64,000 bases of DNA from an uncultured Phycisphaerales bacterium. Lineage in GTDB: Bacteria; Planctomycetota; Phycisphaerae; Tepidisphaerales; Tepidisphaeraceae. Position numbers and translations under genes: made by a program. Location: positions 1,728,001 through 1,792,000 of the forward strand of contig CAVWVQ010000003.1 of assembly GCA_963758525.1 (NCBI GenBank), given 5' to 3'. A model generated the notes under the pieces. It ran no database searches. It was given only the letters and a program-made list of their open reading frames with translations, and was not told the DNA's origin. This document shows positions 33,426 to 43,814 of this stretch, piece by piece. Positions within the stretch are counted from its first letter, which is position 1, and the number at the start of each line of letters is the position of its first letter.

Positions 33426-34696
33426 ATGACTCCGCGACGCATCGGCCATTATCGGAGGATTTCGATCTGGCGAAAACCAAACACATCCCCGCATTGGATG
33501 GAGTCCGCGGGATCGCCATCATCCTCGTGCTCTTCGTTCATCTGACTCCCGACAGCCATGTGCGGGCGAATCGACTGCTGGAATGGATCTACAAATTTCT
33601 CTGGTCCGGGTGGATTGGGGTCGATCTTTTCTTTGTTCTCTCGGGGTTCCTGATCACCGGCATTCTTCTCAAGTTGCGCCAGGATCATCACTACTTCAGG
33701 AATTTTTACATGCGCAGAACACTGCGCATTTTCCCGTTGTATTTTGGCGTGCTGTTCGTGCTGTTTGGAATCTTGGCGCATTTGCCGGCGGCGAGCGGTT
33801 TGAGACTCGCGGACATCAGCCGTCATCAACTCTGGTTCTGGCTCTATGCGACCAATTTCGGGATGGCCCTGCACCCGGCCGGCACGCTGGGTTTTTGCAG
33901 CACGCCGGTGATTAATCTCAGCCATTTCTGGTCTCTCGGCGTGGAAGAACACTTCTACCTGGTATGGCCGGCCATCGTCTGGCTCTGCGGAACCAGAAGG
34001 CTGAAGATGGTCTGCTGGGCCTTCATCGTCGGTGCGCTGGCGCTGCGCATTACCGTCGTGGTGATTCATCCGCATTGGCTCCACCCGCGATACGCCACCC
34101 TGCTGACGCCCCTTCGCATCGACGGATTGGCCGCCGGCTCATTGCTGGCAGTGTCGATGGGCGAAAGTGGCAAGGCGACGTGGTTCGTGCGCAACCGTGG
34201 GAAGATCTGGCTCGTGTGCGCAGCCGCTCTTGTCATCGACATATTCATCCGAAAAGGACTCTGGCAAGGCGATCGCTTCATGGAGACGTTCGGCCTCTCC
34301 ATAGTGGTCTGCCTTGCCTCAGCAACATTGGTGCTGGCACTATGCGCCACGCCAACCAGCATCGCCGGCGGCGCCTGGAGCCACCCGGCGCTGCGATTGA
34401 TGGGCAAGTACAGTTATGGCATCTATATGTATCATCCATTTCTGCAAGCGCTCATTGGATCGATGGTGTCGGCTGCAATGCTTGGGAAGTGGGCGCATCA
34501 ATCGGAGATGGGAGATCTGATCTTCCTGTTGCTCTGCACAACTGCAACGATGGCTGTCGCGCTGCTGAGTTACCATCTCTTTGAAGCGCCGCTGCTCAGC
34601 CTGAAAGAATACTTCCCGACCGGTTCCAGTCGGGCATCTCGAGCTTCGGGAGCGCTGAGCAAGTCATCGGCAACGTCGCCCGTAGTGACCGGGTGA
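33422..34696 (+). CDS. acyltransferase 3 family membrane O-acyltransferase
   Basis: LDGVRGIA, GVDLFFVLSGFLI, RRTLRIFP, HFWSLGVEEHFY. Confidence 0.92.
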   Translation: MNDSATHRPLSEDFDLAKTKHIPALDGVRGIAIILVLFVHLTPDSHVRANRLLEWIYKFLWSGWIGVDLFFVLSGFLITGILLKLRQDHHYFRNFYMRRTLRIFPLYFGVLFVLFGILAHLPAASGLRLADISRHQLWFWLYATNFGMALHPAGTLGFCSTPVINLSHFWSLGVEEHFYLVWPAIVWLCGTRRLKMVCWAFIVGALALRITVVVIHPHWLHPRYATLLTPLRIDGLAAGSLLAVSMGESGKATWFVRNRGKIWLVCAAALVIDIFIRKGLWQGDRFMETFGLSIVVCLASATLVLALCATPTSIAGGAWSHPALRLMGKYSYGIYMYHPFLQALIGSMVSAAMLGKWAHQSEMGDLIFLLLCTTATMAVALLSYHLFEAPLLSLKEYFPTGSSRASRASGALSKSSATSPVVTG

Positions 34697-34699
34697 CCC

Positions 34700-35662
34700 T
34701 CACAAGCTTACCCCGCGTGCCCGAAGCAGGTGATCGACCATCATGCCCAGGTCGGTTGAGGCGGACCAGCCCGTGGCCCGCCGGAGCTTGGAGGCATCAC
34801 CAACGAGCGTCGATCGCCGCCTTACGATAATGGATGGGTCCTCGACCACGTGCGCTTGCCAATCGAGCCCCAGCCGCTGAAAGACGGTTTCGATAAACGT
34901 GCGGACCGAAGTCAGCCGGCCGGTGGCGATCACAAAGTCGTCGGCATCGCGAAGGGCGAGAATCTTCACCATCGCCGCCACGTAGTCCGCGGCATATCCC
35001 CAATCGATTTCCGCGGAAAGATCCCCGACGGCAAGCCGGGTGCGCTGACCTGCGCGAATTTCGATGGCTGCGTTGATGACCTTGGAGGCGAGAAACGCGG
35101 GTCGACGGGAAGGTGACTCGTGCGTGTACAGGATTCCCGCGGAGGCAAAAACGCCATGGGATTCCCGGTAAAATCTGCATAAATGCATGCCGGACGCTTT
35201 GGTAATCCCGTAGATGCAGCGGGGCTCGATCGGGGTATTCTCATCCTGAGGAGATGTCGCCGGATTTCCGAAAACATGGGAGGACGCGGCGTAGAAGAGC
35301 CTGCTCTTCGCGGAGGTCAGCCTGATGGCCTCCAGGAAGTTCAGCAAGCCCGCAACGTGCACCTGGTGGCTGTGGTGATAAAGCTCGGGCGGCTCAGGCC
35401 GAGCGTCCTCGGAAGCGTGATGAAAGGCGGCCAGATAATACACTTCAGCAGGCTGCACGTCCGCGATCAACGTCGAGACTTGCCGCGCGTCCAGTATATC
35501 CAGGGGGCGCGAACCGCGCGAGTCGACATTGAGTGCTTCGGGAGCGGTTGTGGGTCGTGTAATTCCGATGACCGTTGTCCCGGCACGCTGCAAAAACTCG
35601 GAAAGCAGACGGCCGTCCTGACCGGCACTCCCGATAATGACGGCCGTCCTCGGATCAGGCAT
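34700..35662 (-). CDS. gmd: GDP-mannose 4,6-dehydratase-like
   Basis: GSAGQDG, YGITK, HESP, DWGYAADYV, DDFVIATG. Confidence 0.8.
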   Translation of the reverse strand: MPDPRTAVIIGSAGQDGRLLSEFLQRAGTTVIGITRPTTAPEALNVDSRGSRPLDILDARQVSTLIADVQPAEVYYLAAFHHASEDARPEPPELYHHSHQVHVAGLLNFLEAIRLTSAKSRLFYAASSHVFGNPATSPQDENTPIEPRCIYGITKASGMHLCRFYRESHGVFASAGILYTHESPSRRPAFLASKVINAAIEIRAGQRTRLAVGDLSAEIDWGYAADYVAAMVKILALRDADDFVIATGRLTSVRTFIETVFQRLGLDWQAHVVEDPSIIVRRRSTLVGDASKLRRATGWSASTDLGMMVDHLLRARGVSL

Positions 35663-36923
35663 GGTCAACAATCTCAATCCTGGGAAGCGGGAAGATCATC
35701 TTTCCGCCCGATTGTAAAAACTGAGATTCTCGAGCAATCAGGTTCGGGCGAAAATGCCAGGGCAGCACGAGAAAATAATCCGGCTTCATCGCATGCGCCG
35801 CCGCCTCGGAGACGATCGGTATATGCGTTCCCGGCGTGACGTGTCCGAATTTGTCCGGATTGACGTCGGCGATCGCGGGAATATCAGCTTTGGTCAGCTC
35901 GCAGTATTGCAGGATGACATTTCCCTTTGTCGAAGCTCCATAACCGAGCACCAGCTTGCCCGCCTTGCGAAGCCCGCTCAAAAGCTCTTTTAATTCATTC
36001 TTGTGTGCGACCATGCTTTGCTGGAACCGGCGGTAGCAATCCAGCGAGTTCAACCCGGCGGATTCCTCCTGCTCGATCAGGCGCGCGACGGCCTTGTCGG
36101 CGGCGGGATAGGCGCGCGCCCTGCCTGGCGACGGTGACGGCGAAGCTTCCCCCATTACTGTCATTGCGATTGACATCAATGATCTTCAGGCCGACGCGAT
36201 CGCTCATCCAGGCGATCTGCTTCATTGCATAGTACTCAAGATGTTCGTGGCAGATGGTGTCATATGAGTTTGTCTCCAGCATCGCGGGCAGATAACTCTG
36301 TTCAAAAACCCATATTCCGTCTTCAGCGAGCAGCTCGGCGATCTGAGCGGCAAACTCCGCGGGGCGCTCCAGGTCGTAAAACATCGCCACCGAAGTCACC
36401 ACGCGCGCTGGCGGGCGCCGTATTTTGCACGCACGACCGCGGCGGAGAAGAAGTCCGGTATCAGTTGGATGTCCGGCCGGTAAAACTTGCGAAACTTCGC
36501 TCCAGTGGGATCGACCCCGACCAGCGTTGCCTGCTCCGGCGGGTAACAGGAGAGCAATGTCCCATCGTTGCTGCCAATATCGATAACCAGGTCTCCCTTG
36601 CCAGGCTCCACTATCCGGCGCACATTGGCGACCAATTCTGCGAGGTGCCGGACCATCGTCTGATTCAGGCCCGAGCGGTAGCCATAGTTGTCGCCATAGA
36701 GTTCGGCTGGCTCATACGAATTGGCGAGTTGAACCAGACCGCAGCACTCGGCGTCATTCCCGTGGCATTTCACGAGTTCGAGCGGACCGCGCGTGAGTTC
36801 CATCTCCGGGCTCGTGGGAAAAACTCCGGTCTGCGATTGAATGCCGACGTTTACGATTGCGACGAGGTTTTGATTTCCGCAAATGCGACATCGGCGGGTC
36901 TTTGCGAATCTGTTCTGTTCCAT
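35655..36923 (-). CDS. NDP-sugar C-methyltransferase (Zn-finger + class I MT + C-terminal domain), two frameshifts
   Basis: CRICG, YGYRSG, DIGSNDGT, YDTICHEHLEYY, GYGASTKGN over three frames. Confidence 0.85.
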
Positions 36924-36937
36924 GGACGCAGCATCCG

Positions 36938-37990
36938 TTATGGGTTTGTGACGGCAGACGTTAAGCCCGCGGCGTCGATTGCCGCTCGGGCGATCCCCGG
37001 CCAGCTCCAACGATCGGCCAGGGCGCGATTCTGACGGGCGACGAGGTTGCGGTCCGCGGCCGCAGCGCGCTCGATGGCGCGGGCCATACTTGCGGCGTCG
37101 CCCGAATCGTAGAAGAAGTTGGTGGTTCCTTCGAGTTGCTCAGCGTAGGCGGCGTGAGACGGAGCGACCAGCGCTCTCCCAAAGGTCAGGCCGAGGCACA
37201 GCAGTCCGGAGTTCATGTCTTTGATCCGCGGCACCAGAAGCGCATCGCACGCCTCGACATATCGGTGAACCTCTTCATCTTCAATGTAGCCTTGGGAAAC
37301 AATCGCGCCGGCGGAGCGCGTCCAAAGCTTCATCTGCAAGCTGCGAACGCGCCGCTTGACGCGATTCATCGGTTCGTGATACCTGCCTGCCATCAGCAAA
37401 CGCTTCCGCGGAACCTTTGCCAGCGCATATGCCTGGCGAATTAACGCGACCTCGTTCCATGACCGCAGCATTCCGAAGACGAGGACCACGAAGTCCTCCG
37501 GCCCGAACCCAAACGAGCGGCGGCAGGCTTCGCGGTCAAGCTTTGCCGGCAAGAGGTGATCGTTGTTGAAGTAGGTGGTGGTGACATTGTGCTGCCGGCG
37601 CGCGGAAGGAAACTCCTCGAGCACGAGCTGCCGCAGTTTTTCATTGTGATGTAAAATCACCTTGCAGCGCTCGTAGAAGATATCGTAAAGCTGTTTGTAC
37701 GTCGGGTTGCCCTCGAAACCGTGCGGATAGAGATTATGAACGGATATCACGGCGGGGCATCGGTTCGACCACCAGTCGAGAGTAGTGCGAATGCGGTCCA
37801 TCTGCCTGGCGGAAGGCAGCCGCCAGTCGGAGAACTCTTCGGGCCAGTGGCAGTGCAGCAGATCAGCCTGATGCGCCCTGTTGAAGAAATTGGTCTTGCC
37901 GACGATCACATCCCAGCCGTTCGACGCATAGCCGGCGGTCTGACCGGGAATGAGCATGGGGTTGTCAGTGGGCACCAGAACAGTCGGCAT
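36938..37990 (-). CDS. GT-B fold glycosyltransferase
   Basis: HCHWPE, SVHNLYPH, FGMLR, NSG...LTFG. Confidence 0.7.
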   Translation of the reverse strand: MPTVLVPTDNPMLIPGQTAGYASNGWDVIVGKTNFFNRAHQADLLHCHWPEEFSDWRLPSARQMDRIRTTLDWWSNRCPAVISVHNLYPHGFEGNPTYKQLYDIFYERCKVILHHNEKLRQLVLEEFPSARRQHNVTTTYFNNDHLLPAKLDREACRRSFGFGPEDFVVLVFGMLRSWNEVALIRQAYALAKVPRKRLLMAGRYHEPMNRVKRRVRSLQMKLWTRSAGAIVSQGYIEDEEVHRYVEACDALLVPRIKDMNSGLLCLGLTFGRALVAPSHAAYAEQLEGTTNFFYDSGDAASMARAIERAAAADRNLVARQNRALADRWSWPGIARAAIDAAGLTSAVTNP

Positions 37991-38033
37991 GCGTGTTGAT
38001 CCAGGGGCGTGACGCGCGCTTGCATTTGCTTGC

Positions 38034-38929
38034 TTAATATCGCAGAAAACCCTCGCGTACCAGCCTCCGCATTCCTTCACTATACATCAGGTGCCGAACC
38101 GCTCCAACATAGTGCCTGCACGGGCTGTCGCCGATGCCCTTCCCCAGATGAACCGCGTATGTCGCCGGAAGCAAATCCAACCCGTACCGGGAGCTGCCCA
38201 GGGCGAAAAGCGTTTGCTCGATGCGCCAGAAATGTCCGGTGGCCAAGCCAGGAGCGGCCAGGAATTCCTCGATCCAGTCGAGCCGGAGTGACTGCGGATG
38301 CACGAGCCCAAGTCCCGAATTGAGACGCGGCTGGAGCTCCAGATTCAGCAAGGCGCGGGCGTCGGCCGGGGAGATGGTGTAGCCGTTGCCGCAATCTTCA
38401 TTGAAACTGTTCGCTTTGTACTCCGGATCATCGATGCGCTGCAGCAGCGCCTCGGGCGAGCGGAAAAAGAGCACGTCGCTGTCGAGCAGCAGCATTCGCC
38501 GAGCCTGCAAATACTCTGTGGAATCGAACAATTTGGCGCGAGGAGATTCGTCCGGCGGAATTCCGCGCATCGCGGATGTCCCGCCAGCCTGGCGGCCAGA
38601 CGCCGATCCGCGTCGGCGCGGCGAATGATCCTTGCGAAGGGAAAATGAGTCTGAAGATGCCGCAGCCCCGTCTCGCCAACGGTGCCATCTTCATGAATGC
38701 ACAATTTATAGCGGCGGTCCGAAGCAACGTAGAACGACTTCAGCGCCCAGATGAGGTTCAGCCAATCGGCGCCGCTGGTCATCATATGAATTTCGCATCT
38801 CTCATCCGCGAGGTCGTTGACAGGCGGTGTGCGCAGAATGCGCGGGCGCACGACATCGCGCCAATAGGCCGTGCGCAGACCGTGGCCAAATTTCTGTCGG
38901 AATTTCAGAACCATCGAACCGAGTGACAT
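38034..38929 (-). CDS. GT-A-like hypothetical protein, frameshift ~38540
   Basis: HEDG, LLDSDVLFF (DxD), LNSGL, IEQT. Confidence 0.65.
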
Positions 38930-39080
38930 TACATGATCCGGACGAGGGAAATCGGAGTGAAGCTTGTATCGCCAGCGCCGTGCTGCCACAAGCGAGAGTG
39001 GCAGCCCGTGGCTAAAGTCCCGCACGCCGATGCGCCGCGGGGTGCACGACGGGTGTGTGACACGTCGACGGACTCTTTTT

Positions 39081-39212
39081 TCCCCTCCCCTGGTACTCCG
39101 GGGGAGGGTTAGGGTGGGGGCCCGATTGGGGAAAGGCGTGGAGACGCGATGGAGCGCATGCGCACCGCACAGCCCCCACCCCGACCCTCCCCGGAGTACC
39201 AGGGGAGGGGGA
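39081..39212. repeat. REP-like inverted repeat pair
   Basis: cccctcccctggtactccgggggagggttagggtggggg ... cccccaccccgaccctccccggagtaccaggggagggg. Confidence 0.85.
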
Positions 39213-39323
39213 GAGGATGCAGACCAATGCCAAGCCGCCTCCGGCAATTCAACACGACTGATCCATGCCGCGCCGATGTATTCCCGGCGTTCCCACGATA
39301 TCCTCACGCGTCGGTTCACCTCA

Positions 39324-39935
39324 ATGGCCCTTCTACAAGCCCCTCTCGCCTTGGCGGCTCGCATCAGCGTCGCCCTTTCGTCGCGCTGGCGAAACGTCTG
39401 GCTGCGCATGCGCGGCGTCGACGTCCGCGGCTACTGCTGGCTCCGCCCTGTCGAAATCCCGCGCAATCATCAGCAAATCCGCCTCGAAGCTTGCTCGCTG
39501 GATCGCGGCGTGATTCTGCTGGCTTCCGGCGACGACCTGCCGGAGCCGAAAATCGTGATCGGAGCGGGAACGTATGTGAATCGTCACACGTTCATCGACG
39601 CGTCGGAATCAATCATCATCGGCAAGCAGGTCGGGATCGGTCCGGGGGTGTACATCACCGATCATGATCACGGCACCGCTCCGGGATCCTCGCCGATGGT
39701 GCAGCCGATGATCTCCAAGCCCACCCGGATCGAGGATGATGTCTGGATCGGCGCGCACGCGGTGATCCTCAATGGAGTGACGATCGGCCGCGGCGCCGTT
39801 GTTGGCGCGGGAAGCGTTGTCACCCGATCCGTGCCGCCAGGCGCGCGGGTCTTCGGCATTCCCGCCCGCGAGAAAGCGGCCCTCACTGATCAGACCGATA
39901 CACCGCGTTCGGATCCGGGACCAACGCCCGCTTGA
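39324..39935 (+). CDS. hexapeptide-repeat acyltransferase
   Basis: ITDHDH, IEDDVWIGAHAVIL, VGAGSVVT, GIPAR. Confidence 0.88.
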   Translation: MALLQAPLALAARISVALSSRWRNVWLRMRGVDVRGYCWLRPVEIPRNHQQIRLEACSLDRGVILLASGDDLPEPKIVIGAGTYVNRHTFIDASESIIIGKQVGIGPGVYITDHDHGTAPGSSPMVQPMISKPTRIEDDVWIGAHAVILNGVTIGRGAVVGAGSVVTRSVPPGARVFGIPAREKAALTDQTDTPRSDPGPTPA

Positions 39936-40851
39936 TGCGCGCCATCTGTTCCGCCAGATCGAATCCCAGCAGCGCAAGCGCCACGCGATAGGAGCGCGGT
40001 CCGGCCGGGCTGGGCGGTATCGGGCCGTTTTTCAGCGCTTGCCGCATCAGCTTGCGAGCGTAGGAGCGATCTGACCGATACATCGACCGCGCCACCTCAA
40101 AGCGCGCCTGCGCGATCATGCCGCGGCGTTTTTCCGTCAATTGCCCGGTCGTTGCCAGATAGTCCGCCATTCGATCGGTCAGCATCATTCGCTGGCGGAT
40201 TGTTGTATCCCGCGACTTGGTCGAAACCGTCTGATTTCCATGAAAGCGGTAGACGCTGCCGGCCACGTCGAGCAAATCGAAGCGGCAGCCTCCAACAATC
40301 AATCGCGAGAGCAGCTCGTGCTCCTGGCAGACCTTCTGCGACTCCTTCCATCCGCCGGCCTCGGCAACGGCTGCGCGACGCAGAAGCAGCGAGTTGGTGG
40401 AGAACGCTTCCCATCCCAGATAATTCGCGATCGCGTCCTCCTTTTCCGCGATCTTCGTCGTGTACTGGGCGCCGGTGCTCTCGATGCGCATGACGATCGG
40501 CGAATAGACCACATCGATCTGCGGTCGCGACGTCAGAAATTCGACCTGCGTCTCCACCTTTCCGGGCAGAAGATAGTCGTCGGAATCCAGGTACTGAAGC
40601 CACTTCCCTTTGGACAGCGCCAACAGCCGGTTCCGCGCCGCGTTTCCGCCGCGATTGGGACCGGTTTCCAACTGAATTGCGTCGCCGAACCCGCGCAGGA
40701 CGGCGAGGCTCCCGTCGGTCGAGCCGTCGTCAACGACGATGACTTCCTTGTTCAAATACGTCTGATTCAGCGCGCTTTCGACGCTCTGGCCAACCCAGGC
40801 CTGGGCGTTGTAGCAGGGGATCAGAATGGAGACCAGAGGTGAGTCGCTCAT
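39883..40851 (-). CDS. glycosyltransferase family 2
   Basis: SILIPCYN, DDGSTD, ARN, YLDSDD. Confidence 0.92.
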   Translation of the reverse strand: MSDSPLVSILIPCYNAQAWVGQSVESALNQTYLNKEVIVVDDGSTDGSLAVLRGFGDAIQLETGPNRGGNAARNRLLALSKGKWLQYLDSDDYLLPGKVETQVEFLTSRPQIDVVYSPIVMRIESTGAQYTTKIAEKEDAIANYLGWEAFSTNSLLLRRAAVAEAGGWKESQKVCQEHELLSRLIVGGCRFDLLDVAGSVYRFHGNQTVSTKSRDTTIRQRMMLTDRMADYLATTGQLTEKRRGMIAQARFEVARSMYRSDRSYARKLMRQALKNGPIPPSPAGPRSYRVALALLGFDLAEQMARIKRALVPDPNAVYRSDQ

Positions 40852-41882
40852 CGCTTGCCTGCGGCCTCGCGCCGACGCGATTGCCAGCGCTTCAAATAGA
40901 ATTCCCGCACGATTTGCTCCGCCGGCGTCGTCGCGTCCCCTTCCATCCAGACCCGCTCGACGTTGCGCGGATCTTCAGTGGCGATGCCGCCCAGGCAGAA
41001 CAGGGCGTCAAGCTTCTGCTGCTGGTAAGCGGCGTCGTAGAAATCCCCGCCCACGCCGTCGGAGACGAACGGAAACGCCAGATCGCGCGTGGTGATGCCG
41101 AATCGTTCCATCAGAAAATTCGTGCTTTCGCGGGTTTGTCGGAGTTGTTCATCCAATCCGATCTTCGCATACCGGGGATGATCGACGCTATGCGCTCCGA
41201 TGGTAAATCCCTGAGCCAGCAGCGCCTTGATCTGCTCTGAATCGAGGTAAGGACGCTGTTCCCGCAGAAATACGGCAAAGTCGACCCCGAGAATCTGCGC
41301 CAGCGCATCGAGTTGTTCCCGATCGGCATAGCCCACCGCCAATATGGAACGCTTCAGGCTCTGATGATTCGCGGCGTCGACGCCAGCCGCGGAAAGCGAC
41401 GCCCGAAGCGACGACAGTTGCTTGGCCGGGATCTGTTCGATCTTGGCGCACAGCAGGCTCGCCTTGTGCCGATAAAAAAGCGATCGGTTGTCGACAAACG
41501 CGCTGTTCAGAAAAAAAGTTGCCGGCAATCCGCGCCGCAGCAGCATCGGAGCGATCACGTCCGCCACCTCGCGCATCCCATCGTCAAAAGACAAAAACAT
41601 CGCCCGAGCCGGCAGCGGTTGCCGGTCGCCGCAGTGGGCGTGGACCTGCGCGAGTGTGACTGGAGTATACGCGCGAACAAAAAAATCGAGATCGTTGGAG
41701 AAGGTGCGCGTGCTGCGAACAGCGAACAGATGCCGCACATGCGCCGGCGCTTCGTCCGCAACGACGTGATAGAGCGGCGCGATCAGCCGCACTGCCGCAA
41801 GCCGGCGCGCGGCAGAGGCTGGAAGGAGGCGAAATCCTCCCGCCAAGCCGCTCATCATCGAACGTCTGATAACGTCGTGCAT
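40848..41882 (-). CDS. polysaccharide deacetylase
   Basis: LSFDDG, IGAHSVDH, AFPF; start uncertain. Confidence 0.85.
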   Translation of the reverse strand: MHDVIRRSMMSGLAGGFRLLPASAARRLAAVRLIAPLYHVVADEAPAHVRHLFAVRSTRTFSNDLDFFVRAYTPVTLAQVHAHCGDRQPLPARAMFLSFDDGMREVADVIAPMLLRRGLPATFFLNSAFVDNRSLFYRHKASLLCAKIEQIPAKQLSSLRASLSAAGVDAANHQSLKRSILAVGYADREQLDALAQILGVDFAVFLREQRPYLDSEQIKALLAQGFTIGAHSVDHPRYAKIGLDEQLRQTRESTNFLMERFGITTRDLAFPFVSDGVGGDFYDAAYQQQKLDALFCLGGIATEDPRNVERVWMEGDATTPAEQIVREFYLKRWQSRRREAAGKR

Positions 41883-42108
41883 CCGCCTCTGCTGTTTTCC
41901 GTTTGCCCGGCTCCGGAATTGTATTGTACGTTCCGGTGGCGTCGCCCGCGCTGCCGTGGCGCGGTGGCTGGCGCCGGCTGCCAGCGCTCCCGTCTTTGGA
42001 GCGGGAGCGGGCGCCCGCAGCACAGTTTGGAAGTCTTGCGCGAGCTGATCCCGCGGTTGCGGGAAAAGGCGCTGCAAGCGATGAGCGATCGCCTTGCCAG
42101 GAGAAGTT

Positions 42109-42528
42109 ATGGAAGCTGTATTGTCCCCCACACTCGTCGCCGCCCGCGGCACCGTCACTGACTGGCCGCCGCACGTGCAGATGATTCTTTCATCGCTGGA
42201 AGCGGCTCAACGCCCGCAGACGGATCGCCGAGCCCTGCGGCGAGCGCCGTACCGATCCAAAGCGCACCTGCGTCTCTTTACGCACGCCAGCGGCGCGGCG
42301 CCCGTGCTGCTGTATACGCGCGACGCCTGCACCCGCGGAATCGGCTTTGTCACGCCGCACTATCTGCCCCTGGGATACGGCGGCAAACTGGAATTGCTGA
42401 TGCCCTCCGGGCGCGTCGCGATCGCCCAATGCACCCTCTGCCGCTGCCGGCAGATCTCCCCCGGCTGGTATGAAGGCGCCCTGAACTTCAGCCGCGAGCA
42501 ACAGGAGTTTGCCTCGCTGCTGGAATGA
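42109..42528 (+). CDS. PilZ-like domain protein
   Basis: RRALRRAPY (RxxxR) and DACTRG (DxSxxG-like). Confidence 0.6.
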   Translation: MEAVLSPTLVAARGTVTDWPPHVQMILSSLEAAQRPQTDRRALRRAPYRSKAHLRLFTHASGAAPVLLYTRDACTRGIGFVTPHYLPLGYGGKLELLMPSGRVAIAQCTLCRCRQISPGWYEGALNFSREQQEFASLLE

Positions 42529-42548
42529 GCAGAGCCGCGCCATTGCTA

Positions 42549-42674
42549 CCCCGTGGCATGGGCTACCAGCGCTTCCAGCCCAAGCGAGCGACGTGGGACA
42601 GGAGAGATATTTCGATATCCGGGTTTCTGGGGCTCCTGAGCCGTCTGCATCGGCTGGAAGCCCATGCCACGGGG
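42549..42674. repeat. REP/REPIN-like palindrome between convergent genes
   Basis: ccccgtggcatgggctaccagc ... gctggaagcccatgccacgggg. Confidence 0.8.
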
Positions 42675-42679
42675 ATGGT

Positions 42680-43687
42680 TCACAGTTGAACGACGCTCGC
42701 GGTTTCGATGCTGCGCTTCTCGGCTTCCGCGATGCGCAGGCCCATGACGGCGTCGTCAGCGGTCACGCGTTGCGGGCGTCGTCCAGTTGCGACGCAGTCG
42801 AGAAAATAGCCAAGCTCTCCTATGTAGCCGTTCTGTTTCGCGGTTTCGATTGGCTCGACCTTGCCGTCGTGACAGGCCGTCAACTTCGGCTCGCGCGAGA
42901 GGTCGTACTCCACGGTCGCTTTCTCGAATTGTATCGTATAGCGCATCGTGAACGGCGTGCCGGGGCTGTTGGCCCAGCTTCCGGTTGCGGCGACGGTCGG
43001 GCCGTTGTCGTAGAGATATTGCGTGACGACGTGATCGATCTCACCGGACAGGCAGGAAAATCCCCGGCTGAAGACGCCGCGCGGCTTGCCGAAGAGGTGA
43101 GAGACAAAATCGACGTCATGCACGTGCAGATCGAGCAGCGCGCCGCCCGAGCGCGCGCCGTCACGAAACCATCCTTCCGGCCCTGAAGCGAGCCGGAAGA
43201 ATGCCGCAGAGCGAACTTTTCCGTAGCGGCCGTCGCGCACGGCCTCCGCGAGCCATTCCCACTCAGACCAGAACCGCATGCACATGGCGGGCATGAAAAA
43301 TCCCTTCGCCACGGCCGCGGCGTCGGCGATGCGCTGCGCGTCCGCGGCGGAGCGGGCCAGCGGTTTCTCGCACAGCACGTGTTTCCCGGCCGCCAGGGCG
43401 GCCAGGGCAAGCTCAGCATGATCCGGCGTCGGCGTGCAGATATCGATCACGTCGATATCGGGCCACGCCAGCAGATCCTGCCATTGCGTCGTCCCCTTGA
43501 TGCGGTCCATCGGAAGATGCTTTGAGATCCCATCGCCGAGGTTCCCCCAGACACCCGACAGATCGCCGCGGGCTCGCCGCGGATCGATGTCCGCGATCGC
43601 GAGCACTTCTGCTTCCGGCAGCTTCGCGTAGGCCTCGAAGTGGACCCGTCCCATAAATCCCATGCCGATCATTCCGATTCGAATCAT
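42680..43687 (-). CDS. Gfo/Idh/MocA oxidoreductase
   Basis: GMGFMG, ICTPT, HVLCEKP, DLHVHD. Confidence 0.92.
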   Translation of the reverse strand: MIRIGMIGMGFMGRVHFEAYAKLPEAEVLAIADIDPRRARGDLSGVWGNLGDGISKHLPMDRIKGTTQWQDLLAWPDIDVIDICTPTPDHAELALAALAAGKHVLCEKPLARSAADAQRIADAAAVAKGFFMPAMCMRFWSEWEWLAEAVRDGRYGKVRSAAFFRLASGPEGWFRDGARSGGALLDLHVHDVDFVSHLFGKPRGVFSRGFSCLSGEIDHVVTQYLYDNGPTVAATGSWANSPGTPFTMRYTIQFEKATVEYDLSREPKLTACHDGKVEPIETAKQNGYIGELGYFLDCVATGRRPQRVTADDAVMGLRIAEAEKRSIETASVVQL

Positions 43688-43814
43688 GCGCTCTCTCCAG
43701 TTCGGCGTCGCGTCGTGTAGAATCCCCAAACTACGGACGTGCGCGACCACGCGCTTCCGAAGCTTGTTTAGTGACTGCCCGGGAGGCGGCCATTTATCGC
43801 AGGGAGTGTACCGG

